Origin: an uncultured Bdellovibrionales bacterium
Lineage (GTDB): Bacteria; Patescibacteriota; Minisyncoccia; Moranbacterales; UBA1568
Length of the DNA: 64,000 nucleotides
Direction of reading: 5' to 3'
Assembly: GCA_964398485.1 (NCBI GenBank)
Contig: CAYNMD010000003.1
Coordinates: forward strand, 1,334-65,333
The notes beneath the pieces were generated by a model. It was not told where the DNA came from. It saw only the letters and a list, made by a program, of their open reading frames with translations, and did not search any database. Of this stretch, positions 20,223 to 31,343 are shown in pieces (position 1 is the stretch's first letter; each line of letters starts with the position of its first letter). A program made the position numbers and the translations under genes.

Positions 20223-20945
20223 ATGTCTATGAAAGAAAAGAAGATTGCCGTGTTTGATATTGATGGGACCATTTTTCGAAAAAATCTGCATTTTGAACTT
20301 ATTAATGAGTTAGCTTGGATGAACATCTTTCCGCATGAGGTTCGGAGGAAGTTGACTGAGGTATATACGAATTGGCTTGAGCACGAAGGAACATATGAGG
20401 ACTACCGAAAGGCGCTCGTGGAGCTTTATGCAAAACATATCAAAGGGGTCTCCGAAGAACAGGTAAAAGAGGCGGCCAAGATTGTTATCCCATTTCAGGC
20501 CAAGCGTACCTATATTTTTGCTGAAGAACTTATTCAAAAGTTACGCTCGGAAGATTATCATTTCTTGGCTGTTTCTGGATCGCCACAGGAAATTGTAGAG
20601 GAGTACAATCGCCATTACCTTCATTTTGATCATGTTTTTGGAAGCGTCTACGAACGAGATAAGGATGGAATATATACTGGAAGGGCAGAGTTCGAGCCAT
20701 CTCTTAACAAAGGGGAGGTAGTGAAACAGTATGTGTATGAACATGGGCTTACCCTCGAAAATTCTTATGGTGTCGGTGATACTGAATCAGATGGGGGATT
20801 CCTTAGGTTAGTGACCTATCCGATTGCGTTTAACCCAAATCAAAATCTCAAAGGGCTTGCAGAGAGAGAGGGTTGGCGTATGGTAGTAGAGAAAAAAGAT
20901 GTTGTCTATGAGTTCGGCAGTACCACTCAGGCAGTAGTTTCGTAG
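20223..20945 (+). CDS. HAD-IB family phosphatase
   Basis: FDIDGT, VSGS, K, GDTESD. Confidence 0.88.
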   Translation: MSMKEKKIAVFDIDGTIFRKNLHFELINELAWMNIFPHEVRRKLTEVYTNWLEHEGTYEDYRKALVELYAKHIKGVSEEQVKEAAKIVIPFQAKRTYIFAEELIQKLRSEDYHFLAVSGSPQEIVEEYNRHYLHFDHVFGSVYERDKDGIYTGRAEFEPSLNKGEVVKQYVYEHGLTLENSYGVGDTESDGGFLRLVTYPIAFNPNQNLKGLAEREGWRMVVEKKDVVYEFGSTTQAVVS

Positions 20946-20972
20946 GTTATTTAAACAAGATCAATATTATTT

Positions 20973-21089
20973 ATGAATCTTAACTCAAAGTTGGATGATT
21001 TTCTCAAGTCAACCGTCTGGCTCTGGCTCCCGTTCTATGCTTTTTTTGCCCTCTTGAAGGAGTGGCGGGAGCATGTCAATAAAGAGTAA
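20973..21089 (+). CDS. 38-aa membrane peptide (not in ORF track)
   Basis: MNLNSKLDDFLKSTVWLWLPFYAFFALLKEWREHVNKE* fills the HAD-vanZ gap. Confidence 0.5.
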   Translation: MNLNSKLDDFLKSTVWLWLPFYAFFALLKEWREHVNKE

Positions 21090-21094
21090 GGGGT

Positions 21095-21478
21095 GTGCAC
21101 CGGTTGTCTGTAGCGTGGCGTTGGGGTTTTATGCTGTTCTTGTGGATGGGCGTTATTTTTCTTTTCTCCCATCAGCCAGGGAGTGGTAAAGACTGGGAGC
21201 CACCGCTATGGTATGTACTCGAGAGGAAATCAGCCCACGTGGTTGAATACGCTATTTTGATGGCTCTAGCTCTTCGGTGGTTTTCCTTCTTGTATCCGCA
21301 GGAGTCTTGGAAAAAAGTGAGCTTGGTAAGTTTTCTTTTTGCAGTTACCTATGGATTTTTTGATGAGATACACCAGTCGTTTATTTTTGGTCGTGGAGCA
21401 AGATTATCTGATGTTCTGATTGATGCTGGAGGAGCATTTTTGATTGGCCTTTTATATACTGCCTGGAAGAGGAGGTAA
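21095..21478 (+). CDS. VanZ family protein
   Basis: RKSAH..EY..L, DEIHQ.F..GR....D...D..G. Confidence 0.85.
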   Translation: MHRLSVAWRWGFMLFLWMGVIFLFSHQPGSGKDWEPPLWYVLERKSAHVVEYAILMALALRWFSFLYPQESWKKVSLVSFLFAVTYGFFDEIHQSFIFGRGARLSDVLIDAGGAFLIGLLYTAWKRR

Positions 21479-21486
21479 AAAGCGAT

Positions 21487-23037
21487 ATGAGTCTTTCCAA
21501 TAATCTTTTGCAAAAGCTGAGAGAGTGGCGTGATCGTCAGGCTCGGATTGAAGGGGTCGAGGGGTACCGCGTTCTTCCCAATCAGACACTGGAGTTTATT
21601 GCTACAACACTGCCTCATTCCAAAGAGGAACTTTGCGATATCAAGGGGATTAAGGATGCAAAATTTCGTAAATACGGGAAGGAGATTCTCAAAATTGTAA
21701 GTGAAGAAGATAGAGAAATTCACACAGAAACAGGCCTCACTCATATCAATGAACCATCTTCTGAACAGAATACTCCCGGGTCTAGAGCATTAACGGTATC
21801 TCAGTTTTTGGATGGTCTCAATCTGGAACTCTCAGGGATGGCGGCCCGCATTCGGGGTGAAGTGACAAGTGTCGATGTCCGTGAGCGAGTAGTATACTTT
21901 AGTCTTAAGGATAAACAGGATGAGAGCGTTCTGAGCTGTCTTATATTTCGGTACCAGTATGATTTGAGTGGAGTATCAATTGAAGTGGGGATGGAAATTA
22001 TCGTGGAAGGGGCACCTGATATCTATAAGCCATCAGGTCGTCTGAGTGTTCGAGCTGGTTCTATCGAGTATGCCGGTGAGGGAGCGCTGAAGCAGGCATA
22101 TCTTAAACTCTACCAATTACTCACGGATGAAGGAGTATTTTCTCCAGAAAATAAGGAACCAATACCTACTTTTCCTCGGAGGATAGCCTTGATCACTTCG
22201 CAGGATGGCGCTGCTATTGGTGACTTCACTTCCAATCTTGTTCGAGCTGGCATAAAGGTAGATTTTTACCCAACTTTAGTTGAGGGAAAGAAAGCAGTTT
22301 TTGATATCATTCGCGCTTTAGAATATTTTAATCAAAAGCCGGATCAGTATGATGTGCTGGTACTCATCCGTGGTGGTGGCAGCTTGGAGAGTTTACAGGC
22401 ATTCAATACAGAGTCACTGGTAAGAGCCGTTTATCATTCCAAGATACCTGTACTAGCTGGCATTGGCCATGAGCGAGACATTTCTTTGGCTGCTTTGGCA
22501 GCAGATAAGATGGTGTCAACTCCTACAGCAACAGCCAAAGAGTTATCGCGAGGTTATGATATGGCAAGAGAGAATCTGGAAAAGATCCAGGCTTGGCTAC
22601 TGATGGTCTCGGGAAGAGTCATGCTTCAAGGGAGTGCACTTCTTGACGAACAAGAAAGACTGCTTCGAGGTAGTTTTGATGAAGTGTTTGAGCATTTTAT
22701 GGATGCCAAGCAATCTTTTGAGCAGAAAGCATTATTTTTGCCAGAGTATATAAGGATGACTCGTACTTTACTGGCTCAACGGTCAGCTGCTCTCATAATG
22801 AAGCTGCAGGATGCCCTGAGTCATACCAATCTGTGGATAGAACATCAGACAAGACAATTAACTCAGTATGATCCCGTTCGGGTTTTACAACTTGGATACA
22901 GTCTTGTACGGAAGAATGGTCAGATAATCCGCCAATCTAGTGATCTTAGTGTGGGGGACAGAGTCCGTATACAACTTGGGAGAGGTGCGCTAGAATCAGA
23001 AGTAAAGCAAATTTATCCCGAGGGGGAACTATTATAG
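21487..23037 (+). CDS. xseA: Exodeoxyribonuclease VII large subunit with N-terminal HRDC domain
   Basis: YFSLKD, RGGGS.E.L..FN, GIGHE.D, TPTA; N-terminal L..WR..A...Y.V....L..IA..GI...K..KYG (HRDC). Confidence 0.9.
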   Translation: MSLSNNLLQKLREWRDRQARIEGVEGYRVLPNQTLEFIATTLPHSKEELCDIKGIKDAKFRKYGKEILKIVSEEDREIHTETGLTHINEPSSEQNTPGSRALTVSQFLDGLNLELSGMAARIRGEVTSVDVRERVVYFSLKDKQDESVLSCLIFRYQYDLSGVSIEVGMEIIVEGAPDIYKPSGRLSVRAGSIEYAGEGALKQAYLKLYQLLTDEGVFSPENKEPIPTFPRRIALITSQDGAAIGDFTSNLVRAGIKVDFYPTLVEGKKAVFDIIRALEYFNQKPDQYDVLVLIRGGGSLESLQAFNTESLVRAVYHSKIPVLAGIGHERDISLAALAADKMVSTPTATAKELSRGYDMARENLEKIQAWLLMVSGRVMLQGSALLDEQERLLRGSFDEVFEHFMDAKQSFEQKALFLPEYIRMTRTLLAQRSAALIMKLQDALSHTNLWIEHQTRQLTQYDPVRVLQLGYSLVRKNGQIIRQSSDLSVGDRVRIQLGRGALESEVKQIYPEGELL

Positions 23038-23046
23038 TTTTGTACT

Positions 23047-23256
23047 ATGACAAAGGAAAAGGAAATGTCGCTTGGTGAATCCTTGAAGCAACTTGAGGCT
23101 ATTACTGAATGGTTTGATCAGCAGGAGGCGATCGATGTCGAACGTGCCTTGGAAAAAGTGAAGGAGGGTGCAAAGCTTCTTCGCTCGAGTCGAGAGAAGT
23201 TAAAACAGGTAGAAAATGAATTTCAGGTTATTCGCCAGGAACTTGAACAGGAGTAG
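23047..23256 (+). CDS. xseB: Exodeoxyribonuclease VII small subunit
   Basis: Size, helical pattern and position after xseA. Confidence 0.8.
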   Translation: MTKEKEMSLGESLKQLEAITEWFDQQEAIDVERALEKVKEGAKLLRSSREKLKQVENEFQVIRQELEQE

Positions 23257-23307
23257 TTTTTTGCCTCTCTTGATCCAGTGGTATACTAAAAGAAACACAA
23301 ATACTCA

Positions 23308-25008
23308 ATGCATCGGTTTGTCGGAGATATTTCTATTGTTTTAGGTGGAGCAGCTGGCCAAGGGGTCCAGACTGTTGAGTCTTTGCTTGTACAAATTCTC
23401 AAGCGAGAGGGATATTTTGTTTTTGCTTGTAAAGAATACATGTCGCGTATACGTGGCGGCTCTAACTCCACTGAGATCAGAATTACCAATAAAAAACGAA
23501 GGGCGTTTGTAAAGAAGATTGATCTTCTCTTTGCTCTTGATAAAGAAGTGGTTCCTCATCTCAAGCATCGGATTACGAGTAAAACAGTGATTGTTGGAGA
23601 GAAATCAAAAGTGTGTGAAACGAATTGTAGTGTAGTGGATATTCCCTTTAGCCGCTTTGCCTCCGAACTTGGACATCCGATATATACCAGTACAGTTGCC
23701 GTTGGGGTGGTGCTCGGTCTGCTCCAGGCAGATGAGGAGACGTTCCACGCTTATTTGCGGACGCATTTCTCTCGCAAGGGCGATGAAGTAGTTGCAAAAA
23801 ATATAGAAGCAGCCAAGAAGGGTTTTGCTCACGGGAGACACATCGCTTTTGTAGAGGGCATAGAGATTGCTTTACCTCGAAATAATCAGGGAAGTGACAA
23901 GGAGCTTCTGTTGGAGGGGATAGATGCAGTAGGGATGGGAACTTTGGCTGCTGGCTGCAATTACATCTCTTCATATCCTATGTCTCCAGGGACAGGACTC
24001 TTGACCTATCTCGCGCAGCATAGTAAGGAATTTGGTGTAGTTGTTGATCAGGCCGAAGATGAAATTGCTGCCGTAAATCAGGGAATTGGAGCCTGGTATG
24101 CGGGGGCACGAGCGATCGTTACTACTTCAGGAGGTGGTTTTTCGCTTATGACCGAAGGAGTGAGTCTCTCCGGTATGATCGAGACGCCAGTTGTTATCCA
24201 TATTGGACAGCGACCAGGGCCAGCGACGGGACTTCCGACGAGGACCGAGCAAGCTGATCTGAATCTGGCTCTGTATGCGGGACATGGTGAATTTCCACGA
24301 GCTATTTTCGCACCCGGGTCTCCGGAGGAGGCATATTTGTGTATGCAGCAAGCTTTTGAGATGACTGATCGGTTTCAGGTGCCAGTGATGGTGCTTACGG
24401 ACCAATATTTATTGGACAGTATCACTACTGTTGCATTACAAGAACTCGTGAGTGTACGTTGGAAAAATCATGTTGTCAAAACAACTCGTGATTATCAACG
24501 CTATGCCATGACCAAAGATGGAGTGTCTCCAAGAGGTATTCCGGGGTATGGTACTGGTTTAGTGGGAGTGGACAGTGATGAACACGATGCTGACGGCCAC
24601 ATTACCGAGAGTCATGTTGTTCGCCTAGAGCAGCATGAAAAACGCTTGAGAAAATTGGATGGTCTTCTTGAGGAAACACTTCCGCCAGTAGTAAGAGGTA
24701 ATATTAAAAAAGCTAAGACCGTAGTAGTTACTTGGGGATCAAATCTTGGGCCAGCAGAAGAAGCTCTTGAGATTTTTGGTAATCCGGAGTTTGCCCAAGT
24801 GCATTTTTCCCAGGTCTATCCTTTGTCACCAGTTGGGAAAAAATTACTCGAAAAGAAGCAGATAGTAGTTGTTGAAAATAATGCCACTGGCCAATTTGCT
24901 CATCTCCTGGAGCGTGAGTATGGGGTAGAGGTTGGTAAAAGGATACTTCAGTACGATGGCAATCCCTTTGCTGTGGAGGATTTGGTGAATAGATTGAGAA
25001 AAATATAG
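23308..25008 (+). CDS. korA: 2-oxoacid:acceptor oxidoreductase alpha subunit
   Basis: GGAAGQG, YMSRIRGG, YPMSP, QAEDEIAA, TTSGGGF, RPGPATGLPT. Confidence 0.9.
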   Translation: MHRFVGDISIVLGGAAGQGVQTVESLLVQILKREGYFVFACKEYMSRIRGGSNSTEIRITNKKRRAFVKKIDLLFALDKEVVPHLKHRITSKTVIVGEKSKVCETNCSVVDIPFSRFASELGHPIYTSTVAVGVVLGLLQADEETFHAYLRTHFSRKGDEVVAKNIEAAKKGFAHGRHIAFVEGIEIALPRNNQGSDKELLLEGIDAVGMGTLAAGCNYISSYPMSPGTGLLTYLAQHSKEFGVVVDQAEDEIAAVNQGIGAWYAGARAIVTTSGGGFSLMTEGVSLSGMIETPVVIHIGQRPGPATGLPTRTEQADLNLALYAGHGEFPRAIFAPGSPEEAYLCMQQAFEMTDRFQVPVMVLTDQYLLDSITTVALQELVSVRWKNHVVKTTRDYQRYAMTKDGVSPRGIPGYGTGLVGVDSDEHDADGHITESHVVRLEQHEKRLRKLDGLLEETLPPVVRGNIKKAKTVVVTWGSNLGPAEEALEIFGNPEFAQVHFSQVYPLSPVGKKLLEKKQIVVVENNATGQFAHLLEREYGVEVGKRILQYDGNPFAVEDLVNRLRKI

Positions 25009-25011
25009 CGT

Positions 25012-25869
25012 ATGATCGACAAGAAATTGTATGATATGCCCCATAAGACGGATATAGCCTGGTGTCCAAGCTGTGGCAATTTTCCTATCCTCAATATTGT
25101 AAAAACCGCTCTTGCAGAACTCGATATTCCACCAACAGAAGCTGTTATTTGTTCGGGTATCGGTCAGGCTGCCAAGGCCCCTCACTATCTGCGAGTAAAT
25201 TACTTTAATGGTCTTCATGGGAGGGCCTTACCTCCAGCAACGGCTATCAAAATCGCTAATCCAAAACTCACGGTTATTGCTGAGTCAGGTGATGGTGACA
25301 CCTATGGGGAAGGAGGTAATCATTTTCTGCACACCATACGGAGAAACCCTGATATCACCAATATTGTTCATAACAACATGATTTACGGCCTCACTAAGGG
25401 ACAGGCTTCACCAACGAGTGAAAGAGGTATGGTGACGCCAGTTCAGACAACTGGAGTAATTATAGAGCCCTTTAATCCAATAGCTGTTGCCCTTTCTTGT
25501 GGAGCCACTTTTGTGGCGAGAGCTTTTTCTGGTGACGTTGTCCAGGCAGTCAAAATTGTAAAAGAGGCTATACAGCATAAAGGATATGCTTTGGTAGATA
25601 TTTTCCAGCCGTGTGTAGTATTTAATAAACAGAATACCTACCAGTGGTTTAAGCAGAATACCTACTACCTCAATGAAGAGCATGATCAATCTAATCGCTC
25701 GAAAGCTTTTGAAATTGCGTTTGACATGTCTAAATTGGCTCTAGGAGTTATTTATCAAGAAACTGGCCGAAAAACATATGAGCAATTGATTCGTGACACA
25801 GATGAGTCTCTTCATCAAATCCGTTCAGGAGTTTCCTTGAAGGACTTTTTTATGAGAAACTATAAATGA
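25012..25869 (+). CDS. korB: 2-oxoacid:ferredoxin oxidoreductase beta subunit
   Basis: WCPSCG, GLHGR, GDGD..GEGGNH, YGLTKGQ.SPT, QPC. Confidence 0.9.
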   Translation: MIDKKLYDMPHKTDIAWCPSCGNFPILNIVKTALAELDIPPTEAVICSGIGQAAKAPHYLRVNYFNGLHGRALPPATAIKIANPKLTVIAESGDGDTYGEGGNHFLHTIRRNPDITNIVHNNMIYGLTKGQASPTSERGMVTPVQTTGVIIEPFNPIAVALSCGATFVARAFSGDVVQAVKIVKEAIQHKGYALVDIFQPCVVFNKQNTYQWFKQNTYYLNEEHDQSNRSKAFEIAFDMSKLALGVIYQETGRKTYEQLIRDTDESLHQIRSGVSLKDFFMRNYK

Positions 25870-25949
25870 TCAGGAGTTGGCGGCGGGGTGATGTTCTTGT
25901 GCTCTTCTATTTTAAATGGGTAGTTTTTATAAAAATAAAATGCATTTTT

Positions 25950-28501
25950 ATGTGGCAGAAGTGGCGTGAGTATTCCTTATTTTTTTGCTTGACCTTTTTT
26001 GTTCCTTGTTTTTCTTTCCTGCACAAGTTGATGCCGCATGTAGCTTTGACGGAAATTTAACTTGGGGGGGAGGGAATTGCAGTGCCAATATGAGCGTAAC
26101 TGCTGAAGACGGTCAATCCAGGTCAGCTAATAACACTAATCAGGGTTATACTGGCCGAATAACGTATGTTTGTAACGGAAGTGATTGGGCAAAAGTAAGT
26201 GAAACATGTACTCAGTCAAGCGGTCTTTCGGTTGCAGCTAACCTTAGTCCAAGTACGGTTTCTCCAGGAGGGACTTTTAGTGCGGAGTGGTCTATTAGTG
26301 GAGCTACGTCGTGTAGTCTTCATACTCAGATTTCTAAGAGCGGTGGTGAAGTTACTGATGACACTGTAAATTTTCCAACAACAAGTGGGAGAAGTAGTTA
26401 TACTTTCAAGGCTGGTGAGGTAGCCGCTTTTTACACCCTTACCTGTTCTGGTGGGGGAGAAACAAAATCTGCTTCTGATTCAGTGCTTGTTACTCCAACG
26501 ATTAATTCAGTTACAGTGAGTCCAACTACAATCTCAGCTGGTTCATCAGCTACAGTTACGGTAGTTTCTACGAATGCAGGTAGTTGCCATATTGCCAATA
26601 CAGCCGTTGTTTTCCCTAGTCCTAATAGTTCGGTAAGCTTTTCTCCTACGCGATCTGGTTCTTATACAGTAATTTGTTCATTGCCTGGGGGTAGAGGAGG
26701 GACGGCTCAAAAAAGTTTTTCTATCACTGTTACTTCTGCTTCTCCTACCGCGCCAACGGCCACTATATCTGCCAACGGTACGGAGGGAAGAAACACGAGT
26801 GCCCCAGGGTCTCTTCCGGCAGCTGTTATCACAAGCAGCGGCAGTGCAACGGTCTCTTGGTCATCAACACAGGCCACAAGTTGTAAGTTGGGTGGAACAA
26901 ACAAAGTAACTGGTTGGAATGCCGGGACAGTGGAGACTTCGGGGAGTAAATCTTTCGCAGCGAGTGATTTTACTACCGGTGCTGGTTACTATACATTTAC
27001 CGTTCAGTGCACCAATGCTGCGGGAGAGTGGTCATCTACCATTGGGGTTGATGTAGTACTACAGGGTGGTACAGGGGGTGGTGATAATCCTCCTCCCGGT
27101 GGTGGGGGCTCGGCTCCGGGGGTGCCAACGGGTTTGGCGGCTACACCTGGGGACTGTAATACCGGGAAGATTGTACTAACCTGGAATGCGGTAACTGGGG
27201 CTACTTCATATCAACTACGTGATGGAACCACTCAGATTTACAATAGTTCAGCACGGACTTTCACACATACCAATCTTGCAGCTGGATCGACTCATAATTA
27301 TACGGTCAGAGCAAGGAATAACAGTGGCGACTCGGCATTTTCTTCACCGGCAGTAGTGGCCACTGCTCCTATGACGGTTTGTTCACCTGTAATTAATGCT
27401 TTTTCTACGGACAAGGCGACGTTAGCTACTCCTGGACCAGTTACTTTGAGTTGGCAAACTACTCGAACAGCGAGTTGTACTGCTTCAGGCGACTGGAGCG
27501 GCTCGGTAACTCCACTGACAGGTTCGCGAGTAGTCACTGTCAATAGTACGAGTACTTACTACCTGGTCTGTATGGATACCAATGGTAATACCACTGAAGA
27601 AAAGTCAGTTACTGTGACCGTGGGTAACTCCTCTTGTACTCCAAATAATTCCTGTGCAGCGAGTCGCTGTACGTTTGAACAGTGCTCTGACGGCTGTGGG
27701 GGATTTATTGGTGGGACACAGGACTGTGATGACTCACTCTGTATCCCAGATAATAGTTGTATCCTCACCACCCCAGTTGGTTCCTACTGTACTAATAATT
27801 GTGGCCAACAGGTTCCCGGAGGAATGAGTACGGGCGGTGGTGATAATCCAAATCAATGTACGCCAACTATTAGCTGTAACCCCGCTGAAACGTGTACGGG
27901 AGCTACCTGCTGGAATGGCTGTGCCAATATTGCTGGTACTAAAGATTGTAGTACTACTCCCATTATTGTTTCCACCTCCCCCGTCCTCTTCCAGAATCCA
28001 CTCAAATTCAATAATCCTCACGATCTCCTTACTACGCTCCTTACCTTCTTCCAGGGGATTATAGTAATACTCTCCCTCATCATGATTATCATCGGAGCCT
28101 TCCTCTACATTACCTCAGCTGGAGATGAAGGAAGAATGACTCAAGGAAAAAAAGCTATCTTAGCCGCCCTCATAGGTCTCGCCTTAGGTATCGCTGCCCC
28201 TGCCTTCCTCAGAGAGATAGCTTCTATCCTCGGTTGGGGTACCCCCAATCTCCCCAGTGGAGTAGGCACTTCCCTCACTCTCATTCAGATAGCGACCAAT
28301 GTCCTCAACTTTCTTCTGACGATCATTGGTATCCTCGCTATCATCATGCTCGTGATTGGAGGCATTATGTACCTTACCGCAGCTGGAAATGAAGATACTC
28401 TTGATAAAGGCAAAAGAATCGTAAAATACTCTCTCATTGGCATTACGATTGCCTTAGCTTCTCTTGTTCTCGTAAAGGCGGTAGCGGGGCTGCTATCGTA
28501 G
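25950..28501 (+). CDS. Surface protein: Ig/FN3 domains, Cys-rich repeats and two C-terminal TrbC/VirB2-type pilin modules; signal peptide split by a 1-nt frameshift
   Basis: PTGL...W..V.GA.SY...Y.V.A.N FN3; two II.GG..Y.TA.G.E....K...IG pilin repeats; main frame 25985..28501, ATG 25950 out of frame by one base. Confidence 0.75.
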
Positions 28502-28514
28502 GAAGGGGAACAAC

Positions 28515-28543
28515 AAAAAACCACCCAAATAGGATGGTTTTTT
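28515..28543. terminator. Bidirectional terminator
   Basis: aaaaaacca..tggttttt between convergent genes. Confidence 0.6.
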
Positions 28544-28564
28544 AATCTAAGTTTGAGGAGAGAT

Positions 28565-28849
28565 CTACTTTGTCTCAGGTAAGACGTGAACAAACATTCT
28601 TTTAGCAAGTTTTCCGGTGAAGGCCTTTACTTTGCGTTCTTCAAACTTCACCACGCCGTCAATGAGTGAAAAGAGAGTATCATCGGCGCCGCGCTCTACG
28701 TTTTTTCCAGCATGAAACTTGGTACCACGCTGTCTGACAATGATGTTGCCTTCGTCGGCTCGCTGTCCACCAAAAATCTTTACTCCAAGACGCTTGGAAA
28801 TTGAATCGCGGCCAAGACTGGTTGATCCACCGGCTTTTCTGGTTGCCAT
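28565..28849 (-). CDS. rpmA: 50S ribosomal protein L27
   Basis: [37 protein letters not shown]. Confidence 0.97.
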   Translation of the reverse strand: MATRKAGGSTSLGRDSISKRLGVKIFGGQRADEGNIIVRQRGTKFHAGKNVERGADDTLFSLIDGVVKFEERKVKAFTGKLAKRMFVHVLPETK

Positions 28850-28932
28850 ACAAGTAGAGTTCTAGTACACTAAGGGGTCAAATAATATGCTTTGAGGAGT
28901 ATAACATATCCGTGTTAACTGTCAACAGTCCT

Positions 28933-29325
28933 ATGCAAAGAATGGGGGAATATAGGGATAGTCTAATAAATTGGCTTAAACAAAGCAAAAATAAGCTTCT
29001 TTTGGGATCAAGTTATCTTGTAATTGGAGTTCTTTGTTTTGAGGCGGGATGGCTTCAAAAAAGCCTTGTTGCGAGCGAGTCTTTTGAATTTACTATAGAG
29101 ACAAAAACTCTTCAAATAGCTCCTCAGGTTGAAGAAATTCAATTGGCAGTTCCCCCTAAGACTACTGATCAGGTATGTCGATTTATTGGCAGTAAGAAAT
29201 CAAATAAGTATCATCACCCGCAGTCTCGTTGTGCTAAACAAATTAAGCAGGAGAATCAGATTTGTTTTTCTTCTGTAGAAGCAGCACAAGCTCGGCATTA
29301 TGTGCCCGGATGTTTGGAATTGTAG
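28933..29325 (+). CDS. Membrane protein with Ada metal-binding-like C-terminal domain
   Basis: One TM; GSK.S.KYH....A..I...N...F.S...A. Confidence 0.6.
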   Translation: MQRMGEYRDSLINWLKQSKNKLLLGSSYLVIGVLCFEAGWLQKSLVASESFEFTIETKTLQIAPQVEEIQLAVPPKTTDQVCRFIGSKKSNKYHHPQSRCAKQIKQENQICFSSVEAAQARHYVPGCLEL

Positions 29326-29357
29326 TGAGAGTAGTATGAATGTGGCATAATGGGGCT

Positions 29358-30551
29358 ATGTCACATCAATATCAAAAGCAATATCAGGAACTGTTTAATC
29401 GAAATAAAGTAAGATTCCTTTCAGGCCTCTCCTTTGGTATTGGTTTTCTTGATGCCCTTCTTCTCTATATTCTATCTTCGTATTTTATTCAGGTGGCTGG
29501 CGAAGAAAATATCGGCTGGTTTTACTTTTTTGCTTTTGCTCTGGTGCTCTGGTGGCTTATTCGACTACAGCCCTTGGTCCGTCGTTTTGGATCAGCGCGG
29601 CTTCTCCTTTTTCTTTTAACTAATCTCATTGCCTTGAGTGTTATTCTCAGTCTCGATGGGCCTTCTTGGTTTGGAGCTGGACTCCTTCTGTTTTTCATAG
29701 TGTGCAGCAATCTTGTTTGGTCAGTGATGGACGTGTTGGTTGAAGACTTTTCTGCCGACCATGTTTCTGGGAGGGTGCGGGGATTTTATCTTACCGTATT
29801 AAACCTTGGTCTCTTGATGGCGCCTTGGCTTTCGACAAAAGTTCTGAGTCAATTTGGATACTCTGGTGTTTTCTCTCTCCTTACTTTTGGCTATACTCTC
29901 GTGTTTCTTGCTGCTCTCCTTGGTCTGAGATCGCACAAAACAAAACCACTTGTTCGTATTTCTTTTTCTACAACTCTAATTAAGGCCTGGAAAAACCGAA
30001 ATATTCGCATTATTTATCTCTTGTCGTGGATGCTCGAGTTTTTTTATGCCATTATGATTGTTTACGCACCAATCCTCCTTATAGAGCAACAGCTTGATTG
30101 GCAAGATATTGGAGTAGTGTTTACTATTATGCTCCTGCCTTTCGTATTGATACAGTATCCACTTGGGATTTTGGCAGACAAAAAATATGGTGAACGCGAG
30201 CTTCTTTTTCTCTCCCTTGTCATTATGGGGATAGCCACCTTGTTTTTTGCTATGAGCCATCACCTTTCTCTAGTTGAGTGGGGAGCCATTCTGTTTCTTA
30301 CTCGTGTAGGTGCCGCGGCTCTTGAGGTCCTTCGAGACTCATTTTTTTACAAGCAAATTGGCCCTCAAGATACAGATATGGTGGCATTTTTCCGTACGGC
30401 AAGACCAGTGGCGAATATTGTTGGGGCTGGTATGGCGGTGCTTTTTCTCGCTTATTGGGATACTGCCGCCCTCTTTCTTCTGGTAGGGGGGCTTTCCCTT
30501 CTTTTTGCTGGCAGCAGCCTTTTTCTCAAAGATACTCAGCCTACAGCTTAG
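29358..30551 (+). CDS. MFS transporter
   Basis: About 12 TMs; G.LADK.YGE motif. Confidence 0.85.
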   Translation: MSHQYQKQYQELFNRNKVRFLSGLSFGIGFLDALLLYILSSYFIQVAGEENIGWFYFFAFALVLWWLIRLQPLVRRFGSARLLLFLLTNLIALSVILSLDGPSWFGAGLLLFFIVCSNLVWSVMDVLVEDFSADHVSGRVRGFYLTVLNLGLLMAPWLSTKVLSQFGYSGVFSLLTFGYTLVFLAALLGLRSHKTKPLVRISFSTTLIKAWKNRNIRIIYLLSWMLEFFYAIMIVYAPILLIEQQLDWQDIGVVFTIMLLPFVLIQYPLGILADKKYGERELLFLSLVIMGIATLFFAMSHHLSLVEWGAILFLTRVGAAALEVLRDSFFYKQIGPQDTDMVAFFRTARPVANIVGAGMAVLFLAYWDTAALFLLVGGLSLLFAGSSLFLKDTQPTA

Positions 30552-30617
30552 CCTTTATTTTGGCTGTTTTGCGAGGGATGGTATGATAAAAAAGGGGAAA
30601 TTCTCCCATTTTACTCT

Positions 30618-31334
30618 ATGGTTTACGCCGTTCGGTTAGAGCAGTTTGAAGGACCGCTCGAAATTTTGTTGTCACTTATTGAAAAAGAGAAACTGGATAT
30701 TACCCGGGTCTCTTTGGCACAGGTGGCTGATCAATACCTAGAGTATCTCGAACGAGAACAAGATTTGCCCCTGGAGTCGCTTTCACGCTTCCTTTCCATT
30801 GCAGCAAGATTGATTTTGCTCAAATCACGGGCATTGCTGCCACTGCTTGTCTTTACTGATGATGAAGAAGAATCCATAGTGGATCTTGAGTGGCAGTTGC
30901 GAGAGTATAAACGTTATCGTGAGGCTGGGCTACACTTGGGTCAGCTCCTCACAAGGAAACGTTATTCCTATGTTCGAGATCGATCAGTTCAGATGGAGAC
31001 AGGTATGTTTTTCCCGCCAGCACACCTAGGGGTAATAGATTTGCGCCAGGCTTTTGAGGCGGTTCTTGGAGAAATACCAATATTTGAAAAGCTTGAAGAG
31101 GTTGAATTACAGCAAATTGTCCGACTAGAAGAGAAGATGGCTTTTTTTCGGGAAACGCTAACAGAAAGAATGGAGACTTCTTTTCGTGCAATGACTCAAA
31201 AAGTGGAGAGTCGCGTAGAGCTTATTGTTTCATTTCTTGCCTTGTTGCAATTAATAAAAGAGAAGTTTATTGTTGTTGAACAACGAGAACGTTTTGGTGA
31301 TATTGCTATTCGTCATCGTTCCGAAGTTGTCTGA
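30618..31334 (+). CDS. scpA: Segregation/condensation protein A
   Basis: FEGPL..LL.LI, KSR.LLP, FLA.L.L. Confidence 0.92.
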   Translation: MVYAVRLEQFEGPLEILLSLIEKEKLDITRVSLAQVADQYLEYLEREQDLPLESLSRFLSIAARLILLKSRALLPLLVFTDDEEESIVDLEWQLREYKRYREAGLHLGQLLTRKRYSYVRDRSVQMETGMFFPPAHLGVIDLRQAFEAVLGEIPIFEKLEEVELQQIVRLEEKMAFFRETLTERMETSFRAMTQKVESRVELIVSFLALLQLIKEKFIVVEQRERFGDIAIRHRSEVV

Positions 31335-31343
31335 TTTATCATT

